This document shows positions 1 through 12,077 of a stretch of 64,000 bases of DNA, in pieces; positions within the stretch are counted from its first letter, which is position 1, and each line of letters begins with the position of its first letter. Source of the stretch: Felis catus (taxonomy: Eukaryota); assembly GCF_018350175.1 (NCBI RefSeq), contig NC_058368.1, forward strand, positions 216,940,001-217,004,000. Reading direction: 5' to 3'. The translations under genes and the position numbers were made by a program. The notes beneath the pieces are model-generated. The model was not told the DNA's origin, searched no databases, and saw nothing but the letters and a program-made list of their open reading frames with translations.

Positions 1-30
1 ACTTAACTGACTGAGCCAACCAGGCACCCC
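1..30 (-). mobile_element. CanSINE (SINEC_Fc) 5' end, cut by window edge
   Basis: Reverse complement reads GGGGTGCCTGGTTGGCTCAGTCAGTTAAGT, the CanSINE tRNA-like head. Confidence 0.85.
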
Positions 31-410
31 TGTATGCCTTAAATTTATATATTGACGTATGTAACCCATTTATCAATAAAACTAGAAAAAATATTTTAAA
101 GGCAAAAAACTAGTGGGAAAAAAGTAAAAAACCACAAGGTGTTGATCGACCTTTTTTTACCATTTAAAATAAAAAATAAACCTTTTTATGATATTATTTT
201 TTCTAGTACCCTTATTTTTATTTATTGCATTTTACTTGTACGTCTCATATAATTTTATTAATGTAAGAACAGTACTCTGTTATATTTTTGTGGTTTATGC
301 GTATTTTCAAAATAATTTTCACATTTCCCAAAGGTTGTTTTATGTTTAATACTGAAATTTAGGTATCTGTTTAATTGCCTGTTTGATTTTAGATCATCCC
401 TCTCCTCCAT

Positions 411-413
411 CAT

Positions 414-444
<31 letters not shown>

Positions 445-447
445 TTT
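411..447. repeat. (ATTT)n microsatellite
   Basis: Tandem attt units seen directly. Confidence 0.95.
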
Positions 448-469
448 TGGAAGTCACCATTCTCCTTAC

Positions 470-1013
470 TCTTTTTTTTGGTTGCTGGACTCCATAAGTG
501 AACAAGAAATTTCTACTGCTTCCCCATGACTTGTTCCCCTTGTAACCAGGGAACTGAAGAGTATAAATACTAACAGTCCCAGAGATGGTATTAGAAGCAG
601 TGATTTCAACATGGTTAGTGATTTCAACATGGTTAGTACCACCACAATGTAGTACTGGCAAGATTCTCTTGTTCTACCCTATATCCTAGCACTTTGTCAA
701 ACACAGGACTCTCCGGGCAATGAAATACAAGCAGTTCCTTTCAGAAGTGTTCATTTAAGCTGGAAATGCCTTTTCTTTCAAGACCTTCTTGCATGTGAGA
801 GGACCAAACTCTCCCACTTCGGATTTCTGATGTTTGGGAGATAATTTGCCATAGTATTAGGAACTCCGGGTCTCTTGATAATGTTTGTACATTTCTGCTC
901 AGTTGATAAATTATTTCCCTTACATCCAGTTTGTCCGTGGGCACTTCACTAATGGGCCCTGTGGATCACCAGCTTGCCCCTGACGTCCAAATGGAAGACA
1001 GATTCAACAAAAC
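470..1013 (-). pseudogene. Candidate decayed coding exon, product unidentified
   Basis: Less AT-rich than flanks; acceptor tctgtag|G at 1013, donor-like AGA|gtaagg at 470; one frame gives 15+74+35 codons split by two TGA stops, then a second frame continues (ORF 434-661). Confidence 0.3.
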
Positions 1014-1757
1014 CTACAGATAATCTTGGTAGTTACAAACAATACAAAAAAATAAATATACCACCAAAAAGAGAAGTTGAAAATTAATGATAAAAAGAAA
1101 TGCACTCATTGGTTTTAAAATTGAACTGAAAGAAAATGAAGCATATTACTACATAGAACTCCTGGATAAAGAATAAAACATACAAATTTTTCAAAATATC
1201 CAAGAATTAGAAAACAAAAATTGTCATTTTCTAAAGATTATATATACTGCATAAAATTTTCCTGAAGCATTATAATACTAACATGACTCCATTTCAGATG
1301 GCAAAAATTAAACCTAAAATCTAAGTGTAACTTTTTTCAATATTACTTTCACTTAAGTTCTTGAACTTTTAGCAAAAATACTATTTTTCCCTATTGAAAA
1401 TTGTTTATGTTATCCAATATTTTATTTTACTTAAATAAAAACATTTTTTCCAAATAAAATCAGCAATTTTATAGCATTTGCTACATACATAGTGTCTCCA
1501 TAAGTTCAATGTTTTTGTGCGTTATTGAATTTCAAACACTTAGCACAATGTCCGTCCTAGAATGAGTTTTTATTACATTTACTTTTGAAGGCTGATATTA
1601 TAGATCTAATTTCTAAAAAGCCCTCAAAACAGGAACTAGTGGAACACACTTTAGACCCTGCCTAGAAATAAAATATACAATGAGAAGTTGTTGGCCATGA
1701 AACTTAACAGATTGCAAAATAAATTTCTACAGAGAAAGTAAAATAACTGCCTTTTAA

Positions 1758-2034
1758 GAACAAAACAAGCAGAGGAAAAAAAAAAAAGACAAACCAAAAA
1801 ATGGACTCTTAACTGTAGAGAACTACAGAGAACAAACTGAGGATGACAAAGGGGAGATGGGCGGAGGGAGGGGTCAAATAGGTTATGGGGATTAAGAGTA
1901 CGCTTATCATAAAAAAAAAAGAGTGCACATATCATGATGAACACTCAGTAAAGTATCGAATTATTGAATCACCATACTGTGCACCTAAAACTAATATAAC
2001 ACTGTATGTTAACTATATTAGAATTATAATTTTA
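1758..2034 (+). mobile_element. 5'-truncated carnivore L1 (3' UTR only)
   Basis: L1 3' UTR motifs (gactcttaact..gagaacaaactgagg..aaactaatataacactgtatgttaacta); 18-bp TSD aaaataactg/cccttttaa at 1740-1757 and 2035-2052. Confidence 0.85.
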
Positions 2035-2859
2035 AAAATAACTCCCTTTTAATCACATAGAATAAAAATCTCTTAGGAAGATAAAATAATAATAAAAGTT
2101 GTCATTATTATAGCTATAAGTTTTGAGCCCATATTATGTACCAGATGTGTGCTAGAAGCTTCACGGGAATTACACATAAAATTATGTGCAGCAAAACGCT
2201 AATTGCAAGAAGAAGGTGGGGACAGATTAGAGCGTAAGAAAAGTGGAGAAAGTGATATTTTAAATTTGGCAGCTGATTAACTGTATTAAGCTGAAAGAAA
2301 AAAATAAAACCTCAACAGCTGGCAGACTTGATGACATGTTTCATCTTTGGCCAAGTATGTGTTGTTCCAGAAGAGAATAGGGAGTGGGAAGAGCCTTAGG
2401 CTAGCTATTGCTGCATCCAAATGTGCTTGGAAGGGCATCAAGTGTAGATTATTTATCAGATTTTAGCTTAAAATTAACTTGGTGTTGCACTGCATTCTGC
2501 TTAATATAAGCATGTATATATTAAACATTTATATGTTACAAATACGATAATATAAAAAGCCAGCTATCTTGTTTATATCTTAAGTTTCTTAAAAGGATAC
2601 AAGCAATCATTAAACAATGAATTATAAGAGAGTATGTTGGAGTCATCATTTGAAAAACTGTGAAAAAATGACCATATATTTAATTGTGTTTTGGATATGA
2701 TATAAGTTTTTAGAGTGAAATTAGATTTTAAGAAAAATCAGAGCAGTGAAATATTTTTCACGTACAATAGCATTTAAATTTAATTGAAATTGAAATTGCA
2801 ATAAGTTTGACAAATGTATACATTTATATAACAACCACCGCATCATCACATATGTTCCC

Positions 2860-3770
2860 TTGTGCCTCTTTTTTAGCCAATATTTTCCTCCAAACCAAAC
2901 CCTGTGAGCCACTGATCCAAAGTGTTTCTTGATAGTTCTGCGTTTTCCAGAATGACATATGAGTGGAATCATAAAAGAGCCCTGTTTTGCTAGGATTATT
3001 TTATTATTTTTGAGACTCATCCATGTCTGCATATTTATTAGTAATTTGGTCTCTGTTTTGTCAAGTCAATTCTATCATATGGATACACGAAATTATGTTT
3101 ATCCATTAGTCATTTGTGGAACATTTAGCTCTTTTGCAGACTGGTGATTATGGAAAAACCTACTGTACATTCAAATATAGGCTTTTGTGTGGATATAAAT
3201 TTTCAGGTCTCGGGTAACTAATTAGATAGAAGATTAGAGGGCAATAGGGTAAATATATGTTTATTTTATAAGAAACTGACAAATAATTTTTCAAAGTAGA
3301 GATCCTATTTCAAGCTCCCACAGGCAACTTACAAGAGTACCAATTAGAGCTCAGTTTGATCAACTATTTGATCAAACTATCATTTGATATTCTATTTTGT
3401 TGATTTTAGCCACTCTGATAGTGTTTGGAGATATCACATTGTGGTTTTAATTGTATTTTGCATAGTAACTAATGACGTTGACCACCTCTTCATGTTCATT
3501 TGCAATCAATATATCTTCTTTAGTAAAATGTTCAAATTTTGTGACCAATTATTGTTGTTTTCTTCATTATTGAATATATAAATTTTATATACATACACAT
3601 TGTATATATTATGTATTATATTGAGTATATATATGGTGGCTTGATTTTAGATGTATTTTTACATATATTGAATATATAACATTTATATATTTTGAATACA
3701 TATACATATATATATGTATATAGTGGCTTGATTTTTCACTTATTTAATAATAAGATCCTTTGAAGCAAAA
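2860..3770 (-). mobile_element. Old L1 (L1M-type) 3' fragment
   Basis: Antisense L1 motifs such as ttttagccactctgatag..tcacattgtggttttaattgtattt. Confidence 0.75.
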
Positions 3771-3777
3771 GTTTCCA

Positions 3778-3962
3778 ATTTTTTTATTTAAAAATTTTTA
3801 AGTTAATTTATTTATTTTGAGAGAGACAGAGACAGTGTGAACAGGGGAGTGGCAGAGAGAGTGGGAGAGAGAGAATACTCAAGCAGGCTCCGCACTGTCA
3901 GTGCAGAGCCTGAAAAACCGTGAGAGTCAGATGCTTAGCTGACTGAGCCACCCAGGTGCCCC
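3778..3962 (-). mobile_element. CanSINE, internally deleted
   Basis: T-tail, (GA)n, gactgagccacccaggtgcccc; TSD aaaagtttc. Confidence 0.9.
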
Positions 3963-4349
3963 AAAAGTTTCTAATTTTGATGAAGTATAATTTATCAATA
4001 GTTTGTTCAAGATATTTCAAATGGATGAAAACTTCCCCCTCTGAAATGGAGATATATAACTTGGAATAATTATCTCAGTGGGAAAACAAAAGGCCAAAAA
4101 GTGAAATTTGCTCTAAGTGTCATCTTGTCACCAGGTAAGATTTGTAACAAATACATACAAAGATGTTACTGTCTTTTATGTTGTCACAGTTATAGAATGT
4201 TTGCAGACCATGAATTTATAAATATATCCATAGTATTAAACTTTAATTATCATTATTTTTCAGGATATTCTAGAGTTTCCAATTACAAATTCATAAGATT
4301 TGGTGTGCATCATTTACATATTTATACAGTTTTACATATTTTACAGTAT

Positions 4350-4470
4350 GATAACCAAGAACACAGGCTCAAGAGTCAAAGAGCTTGAGTCTCAACCTTC
4401 AATCAGTCTTTCGCAAGATGTGCAGCTTTAGAAACTTTACTTAACTTCCGGTATCCTTTTTGACTTGTCA
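4350..4470 (+). mobile_element. MIR relic
   Basis: Degenerate MIR head (aagaacacaggctcaagagtcaaagagcttgagt..tacttaacttc). Confidence 0.45.
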
Positions 4471-4477
4471 GCTCAAT

Positions 4478-4925
4478 CAGAGATTCTCAGATGTTCACAG
4501 TTCAGAATGCCCTTAGCGACCATTCTTTTGTTTCAGCCCACGTAGATCAAAGGAATACCTAACAGTTAAATGGTGTGTGATATCAAAGTTAGACGTATTT
4601 ATGTCTTGATGACTTAATGGTCACTTGAAAAAAGTGATCTCCTCGAATTAAAAGAGAACTACCGTTATTTAATTCTGAAAAAGGTTTGTTACTACCTAGA
4701 ATCAGTAACTGTAGCAAGTATTTTCTTTTACTCAGTATGTTGCCTATTGCATTATTAAATGCTATTGACCTTCTAAAATACTGGACTCTGATTTGATAGC
4801 ACCAGTCTAATTTCCTGTTCTATATTGATTTTTGCATTGTACCGGCCTTTTCCATAAAGACCTCTAAAATCCAGGCTTCCAAAAATATGTCACTGAAAGA
4901 AGTATAGTACAATCTAAATTGAAAG
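4478..4925. mobile_element. hAT-Charlie DNA transposon relic (Charlie4-like)
   Basis: gcccttag..aaggaatacctaacagtt and ctaatttcctgttctatattgattttt resemble the recalled Charlie4 consensus. Confidence 0.45.
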
Positions 4926-4934
4926 AAAAACGAA

Positions 4935-5137
4935 TTTTAATGTTTATTTAGTTTTGAGGGAGAGAGAGTGTGAGTTGGCGAGGGGCAAAGAGGGAGGGAG
5001 ACAGAATCTGAAGCAGGCTCCAGGCTCCATGCTCTGTGCTGTCAGCACAGAGCCAGACGCGGGGCTTGAACTCACAGACTTGAAATCATGACCTGAGCCA
5101 AAGTTGGACGCTTAACCAACTGACACCCAGGCACCCC
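4935..5137 (-). mobile_element. CanSINE
   Basis: Antisense SINEC_Fc body (gaagcaggctccaggctc..cacccaggcacccc). Confidence 0.93.
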
Positions 5138-5339
5138 AAAAGAGCTATAGTGCAATCTAATCTTTTTTTTATGTTTACTTTTTTTTCATTTCGAGAACAC
5201 TTGAAGCAAGAAAGATCCTTTAATCAAAACAAGCCCCACTTTGCTGGTGAGAACATGCCATGGATTGGAGATGGGAGCAGATGTTTAGAAAGCAGACGCC
5301 ACAAGCCAACTTTGTACACAGTCTTTTTTTTCCTTTAGT

Positions 5340-5856
5340 TATTTCTTTTTTTTATTCACTTGTTTTATTTTTTATTTTTTTTTAATTTACCTTCAAATTA
5401 GTTAGCATATAGTGCAACAATGATTTCAGGAGTAGATTCCTTAGTGCCCCTTACCCATGTAGCCCATTACCCCCCCCCACAACCCCTCCAGTAACCCTCA
5501 GTTCTCCATATTTATGAGTCTCTTCTGTTTTGTCCCCCTTCCTGTTTTTATATTATTTTTGTTTCCCTTCCTTATGTTCATCTGTTTTGTCTCTTAAAGT
5601 CCTCATATGAGTGAAGTCATAAGATTTTTGTCTTTCTCTGACTGACTAATTTCACTTAGCATAATACCCTCCAGTTCCATCCACGTAGTTGCAAATGGCA
5701 AGATTTCATTCTTTTTGATTGCCGTGCAATACTCCATTGTATATATGTACCACTTCTTCTTTACCCATTCACCCATCGGTGGACATTTGGGCCCTTTCCA
5801 TACTTTGGCTACTGTTGATAGTGCTGCTATAAACATGGGGGTAAATGTGTCCCTTC
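5340..5856 (-). mobile_element. Felid-type L1 3' end (ORF2 C-terminus, 3' UTR, poly-A)
   Basis: ORF 5603-5836 (MFIAALSTVAKVWK..IKKNEILPFATTWMELEGIMLSEISQSEKDK) is the L1 ORF2p C-terminus; T-rich tail at left. Confidence 0.95.
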
Positions 5857-5961
5857 TGGAGGTTCCTCAAAAAACTAAAAATAGAACTACCCTACAACCC
5901 AGCAACTGCACTACTAGGCATTTATCCAAGGGATACAGGTATGCTGTTTCGAAGGGAAACA
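5857..5961 (+). mobile_element. Inverted 5' segment of the same L1
   Basis: tggaggttcctcaaaaaactaaaaatagaactaccc..tttcgaaggg is sense L1 ORF2 sequence lying just upstream of the minus-strand part in L1 order. Confidence 0.9.
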
Positions 5962-6559
5962 GCTCTACCTTCAAAATATTTCTCATCATCTCCATTTCCA
6001 TCTAATAAAATTAATTACTGAGAAATATGGACTATTATTCTCACTTCTTTACCTTATAAAGTTTTTCTCCTTACTCCACAAGACCAATATTTATTCATAT
6101 CCAGATCCCTAGAGGATTAGTCCAGTGATTGGCCACAGTAGACGCATATGAATTGAATGGGATATGGCCTGAAATAGATGTCTGTTGTCACAAAATACAC
6201 CCAAGCTGAAGACTAAAAACCAGATGTCTACATTCCCAATCTAGGACATTGTTTATGAGAATGCTAGGCTATTAAACATTTTCTCGAAACAATATTGGTA
6301 GACTGCATGAAAATAAGGGAGGGATGTTTTGTCCCTTCTGAGTATATAACTACACAAAGTATCTTGTCTATGTCCCCAAAAGGAGAATAACTATTGTTTT
6401 ACTCCAACAGCAGCAGCCCTATCTACAAGGTTATCAATCTGTGATGCTGTACATAAGTCCCATCTGTGATGATAAACTCTATATATCCTTAAAGAAATAT
6501 TGTATTAAATAAATTAAATTGTATACCAAGCCATTTAAAAAGAAATATTTTATTAATGT

Positions 6560-8400
6560 TCAGTTATAAATAGGTCCACTTTTATATTGTGATTCTTTCT
6601 TTGAATCCAGCATGATTTTGAAGTTTTTTTTTAAGTACTGAGATTTAAATGTGTTGTCAATTATTTTAATTTAATTACATTTTCATCAGAGAACAAATTC
6701 TCATGTTTGCCTTCTCTAAAAGATTTTTGAGATTTTACTTGTAGTGTAGTTCATGCTAAAATAGCATGTTCTGCATGATTGAAAATCATCCATATTTCTA
6801 TACCTTGGATGTAGTGGTTTCTATATGTGTTTTCAATCATTGTTACTAATGGTGTTGTTCCAATTGTCTCAATACTTGCCTTATTTTATGCTTGATATAT
6901 TATCATGAAGATGGTATTAAATCTTGTGTTCTGATTGTCTATTTGTTTTTGTAATTATGTTGATTTTTTTGCTTCATATGTTGTTGAGGCTTTTTTAGCT
7001 GCCCACTACCTTAAAATAGTTATAGTTTTCCAATTATTTAATATTTAATTCAATTTTAGTGACTTCTTTTATTGTTATCAATGGCATTTTATGCAAGATG
7101 ATTTTATCTAGTATTAAGAGGACTAATCCAGTATTATTTGGTTTACATTTACATGAGATATATGCGGATATTTATCTACCTACCTACCTACCTATCTTCC
7201 ATCCTGTCTTTTAGCTTTTTTATATCATTTTGATTTTCATATGATTTTAATAATCTGAATATTAGTTAATTTATATTTTTCATTCAGACTTTTGGTTACC
7301 TCTATTATATACAGTGGTGAGTTTGTATCTATTTTATTTTTAAAAAATTTTTAATGTTTATTTATTTTTGAGACAGAGAGAGACAGAGCATGAACAGGGG
7401 AGGGTCAGAGAGAGGGAGACACAGAATCCGAAGCAGGCTCCAGGCTCTGAGCTGTCAGCATAGAGCTAGACACAGGGTTCGAACTCATGGACCATGAGAT
7501 CATGACCTGAGCCGAAGTCAGACTCTTAACTGACTGAGCCACCCAGGCACCCCTGTGAGTTTGTATTTATTATCACTAATGTAGTGTTAATCATTTCTAC
7601 TATTGTATTTGTAGTATCGCCCCTCATTTTCTTTTTTTCTCCTTTTCTGCTTTCTATTAGATTGATCAAATTTTCTGTTTTCTTTGTCTTTAGTCACATG
7701 CTGCTCCGACCCCAGACTCCAAAAGTTTGGGATATCTACATTCTATCATTTTTCTTTTAGTGTTAATGTTTTTTAAAACAATATGAACAATTTTAAGGTA
7801 AAAATTTAATTAGTATTTCCCTCTAGCTGAACAACAAATGGTTTTAAAAATCTGATGTTCTCCTATGTTACATCATATTTAAGTGCTTTACCCTGATGTC
7901 AACATATTCTACCGCCAGTTAGCCTCTTTTAAAATTCATACGTATTGAGCAGTTTGTTTCCTCCAGATGTCTTCTTCCACCGTATTCCTTCTATCTGGAT
8001 TCAGTGCTGCTCCTTTTGAAATGCCACCTTTAGTAGTTCTTGTGGTTCGTTTACGGTAGTGTTACTTTTTTACTAAAAACATTTTGCGTGTGTTTAAGTC
8101 AAATAATAGTTTATGCGGGCATATTAGATTCTAGATTAGTAACATTTGGTCTCAGCACTTGAAAGAAATTATTTTCTCTCTTTCTGGCATCCATTTTTGT
8201 TCTTAAGGAGTCTGCTGTCAGTCTAGTAATCTGCATTTTCTTTGGAGTTGCTTTTTAAAATGACTTTCTCTGTCTAACTGACCTGCTAATATTCATTTAT
8301 ATTGACTTAATGGCCCCAGGCCAACTATGCTTTCTTTGTCTGAGGACTCAGATTGTTCATTATTTCTGAAATATTACTTTTTGACATTCTTCTCCTCTAG
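6560..8400 (-). mobile_element. Highly decayed old L1 fragments
   Basis: T-rich antisense L1-like motifs (tctcagcactttgaaag..ctggcatccatt..gagtctgctgtcagtcta). Confidence 0.55.
7330..7553 (-). mobile_element. CanSINE
   Basis: Full-length antisense copy; TSD gtgagtttgtat. Confidence 0.95.
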
Positions 8401-8675
8401 ACTCTCCGTCTGGAGTTTCCATCATATGCTCCAAGTCTTTTATTTCTTCTTTGTAAATCATTTTGAAACATGATCATTTGAATCATATTATCATGTTATC
8501 GCCTTTCTTTTAACTCTCCAAAACGTCCCACTGAACGTAGGTCACAACACAGATCTCTGCTATGAATTACAATTATGGCCAAATCATTTGCCACTTTAAA
8601 ATGGAAAGGCATTTTACCAGAAAAGTTTATTTGGGATTAAATTATTGTGTTATAATTAAAAATAAATGTAATTAC

Positions 8676-8909
8676 GGAGACTGTGTGGCTCAGTTGGTTG
8701 AGGATCCAGCTTTGGCTCAGATCATGAGTTTGCAGTTAGTGAGTTTTAGCTCCGCATCCGACTCTGTGCTGACAGCTCAGAGCCTGGAACCTGGTTTGGA
8801 TTCTGTGTCTTCCCTCTCCTTCTGTCCCCCCCCTACTCGCACTCTGTCTGTCTCTCTCTCAAAAATAAAAATAAACATGAAAAATAAATAAATGAATAAA
8901 TAAATAAAA
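8676..8909 (+). mobile_element. CanSINE
   Basis: gtggctcagttggttgag..gctcagagcctggaacctg..(CT)n, A-tail. Confidence 0.93.
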
Positions 8910-9216
8910 TTATTGAAAAACATAGTTTTTTAATTAACACCTAATTTTGAAAGATGAATTAATTAAATGAGCTAATCAATAGCACCGATTTCATCAAACG
9001 TCAGTTGATCTTTTTAGTCATGAATATTGCCTGGCACAGTGTAGGTGCTCAGCATGGACTCAAAGAAATATAATCAACTTCAATGGAATAGAATTTTTAA
9101 AGAAAGTTGTTTTCAGGTATCAGCAAACATATGGATGGATATATAAAATACTTAACCGAAGAATTAGAAACCACGTGGGAAAAAAGCTTTAGAAAGATTT
9201 AAAAAAGTGATTGTGA

Positions 9217-9439
9217 GGGGCACCTGGGTGGCTCAGTCGGTTGAGCGTCTGGCTTCCACTCAGGTCATGATCTCACGGTCCGTGAGTTCGAGCCCTGCAT
9301 CAGGCTCTGTGCTGACAGCTCAGAGCCTGGAGCCTATTTCCGATTCTGTGTCTCCCTCTCTCTCTGACCCTCCCTTGTTCACATTCTGTCGCTCTCTGTC
9401 TCAAAAATAAATAAACGTTAAAAAAAAAAGAATGAAAAT
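9217..9439 (+). mobile_element. CanSINE
   Basis: Full-length; TSD aaaaagtgat(t/g)gtgag. Confidence 0.95.
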
Positions 9440-10730
9440 AAAAAGTGATGGTGAGAATTTTTCAAGGCCACATAAATGTAGTTAACACAGCAAATTCACT
9501 AAACTTTATGTTTTATAAATGGAAATATATTTGATATGTAACATTGTATAGGCTTAACGTGTACATCATTAGACTTTGAGTTTTCCTAACATACTCCACT
9601 TTTAAGTTTATTGGATATTATGAGAAAATGAAATAAAAAAAATCAGAGCATCAGCCTTTGAGATGAGGTAACCTTACCTTACTTTCTTCTCTATACAAAA
9701 TAATGAAATCTATATTAGCCCATAGTTCAGACTTCCCTGCATAAACTGTACTGGCAATTACCATAAAAACATAGAGTGCCTAATAAAAACGAATCCACTG
9801 TTTGGAATAAAACTTGCCTTTTATTGAAGTCAGAGTCATCACATTTCTTCTACCCAACTTCTCGAATAATGAGAATTTCTACTTTCTTTAATGTTCTGAG
9901 AATTTTCTTTCTGAAAAACATAAAGACATATTATCATGCAGAGTAAAAGGTTTGGGCTTCTATTGTGAATGTGCTGCAATATTCCATTGAAATAAAGTTG
10001 ATTCAGCACAAGTTTTCCAGATACGAGCAATTTTATAGTTTGAATAAATGTAGGGTACTTGCCTGGGTTGCCTTTCTCATTATATTCAGGCTTTCTATCA
10101 TGAGAGAGTGTCTCAGGATCTTTGTTAAAGTACATTTTGGAAAGAGAGACCTAATGAAAAGATATTATTACTTCTTTTCTTTTGCAGATGTGATATAAAC
10201 ACACCTTTGACTATTAACAGATAGTAGTCATGGATTCAAGAGGTTCCTGTTGCTTAATATAACCTCCACATTATTGTGTATAAAAATAATCTCTTTGGGA
10301 TTTGAATAATCTAAGGATTTTTAAAACCAATTTTAGAACATTCTAAAATTCTGAAGTCTTCCTTATAAGGTATCTTTTTATCCCCCATTTGGTTATTAAA
10401 TCTAATGCCTAAGTATGTATTTGTCATAATAATGAAAATAATTTGGGTATTTTAAAAGCAAACTTTTTTTTCTCATAACTAATTGTAACAAACAAATTCA
10501 TTAATGTTGAACATAAATACATATAAAATATTAATGTATGGAATATGTTAATGCAGTGAATATAATTGAAATAAAAGCCAGAAGAAGAAATCACCTTTTA
10601 AAAATAATGGAGGGAGAATGAAATCTTTCATATAAAAAACGATGGCCTTACTGGAAAATTTACTTATTTCAACCTAATAATAGGTTAAATACAATGTTAA
10701 TACTGGACAGAAAGCGCTTTTTGTCATATA

Positions 10731-10951
10731 CTTTTTTAAAAAGTTTTAATTATTTATTTTCAGAGAGGAGTGAGCGTGCAAATATAGGAGGTGCAGAGAG
10801 AAGGGGGGAGAGAGAGAATCCTAAGCAGGCTCCACACTGCCAGCACAGAGCCTGATGCAGGACTCGAACCCACAAACTGTGAGATCATGGCCTGAGCTGA
10901 AATTAAGAGTCAGACGCTTAACTGACTGAGCCAAGTGCTCACAGATACCCC
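10731..10951 (-). mobile_element. CanSINE
   Basis: Antisense body; TSD tgtcatatacttttt. Confidence 0.93.
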
Positions 10952-11049
10952 TGTCATATACTTTTTAATCACAACAGTGTGCAGTCTTACACAACATACC
11001 AGCTAAAACCTGTCCTTTTGTGTCAAAAAGTTCAAGAGCCTATTAATTA

Positions 11050-11240
11050 CATACATTTGACTAAGCTACTTACCCTCTCTCTGATCAATTCCTTATCTTT
11101 AAGTTTAATGAAAATATTAGCACTTATTTCAAAAGATTGTCGTGGAGTTTAATTGAGATCATGTGTGCAAACATTTAAAACATTTAAAATGATGGTAGGT
11201 ACAAATTAAATGCTCAGTAGATGCTAGCTTTTTATTATGA
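11050..11240 (+). mobile_element. MIR relic
   Basis: Core-like caattccttatctttaag..aatgctcagtagatgctagctt. Confidence 0.6.
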
Positions 11241-11439
11241 GTTAATATTTTTTTTTAAATCTCCATTCTGTCAAATAGCTTGTTCCTGAAAAAGCATAAA
11301 ATTAGTATGTGTTGCCTAGATTTTAAAAAATCATGAGAAAAATTAATCATGTAAATCTCAGCCCCTTAGGGGCAACATTGGGTTGCTGTGTATCTCAACG
11401 TAGGTAGAAGCTTGTGATGGGCTCTGCAGTTTTATATAG

Positions 11440-11875
11440 AATAACCTTAGTAGCAGAACTCTGATTCTGTTTATCCTCTCCACCCCCTGCCAGCCAGTTA
11501 AACGTTCTCCAAAGCTTCTCTTTTTGCAAAATTAAATGTGACCATATTGCAGAATGCCTGGCAATGGAAAGTGTTGGAAACAGTCCTTCCCACAGCCTCA
11601 TTAAAAGAGAGCCTTGACTTCTCTTTTACTTTCTCAATTCTTCACGCCTGGAGGTGTGGCGGCCATCTTGCAATTCGAGCGAAGCAACTGTATGAAGGTG
11701 GAAGATGACAAACGAGGCAGTGGAGGGAAGCTGGAATCTGAGTCCCTGCTAATCCTTAGCACCAGGCTGAACTATTTATATCTGGACTTCACTTCCTATT
11801 GGTAACCTCTGTGATTAAGCCACTTAAGAGCTCCTTTTCATTATATACAGTTTAATGTAAACCTAACTGACTTAA
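11440..11875 (+). mobile_element. Old ERVL/MaLR-type LTR
   Basis: gcggccatcttg..tctggactt..ttaagccact..cctaactgac motifs. Confidence 0.55.
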
Positions 11876-12077
11876 AATTGATGGATCATGGAAATAGTAA
11901 TGATGCAAAGATACCGTATGCAAACCAAACATGTAACCTTTTCTTATTAACAGGACTCAGCTTCCTTACTACCTTCCTTTGCCATTGCAATACTTGTTTT
12001 TGCTAGTTTTCTCTTACCAACATTCTAGCTGTCCCTCCTCCATTTTCTTTGCTATTCTATCTTCTACTTGATCCTTG

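Noticed and set aside
411..1013. Processed pseudogene or retro-copied viral mRNA ending in an (AAAT)n tail
   Set aside because: No flanking TSD found and no recognisable parent; the upstream edge looks like a splice acceptor, so it is kept only as a pseudo-exon candidate
6150..6490. Possible additional old LTR
   Set aside because: LTR-like composition, but I could not define termini or a family
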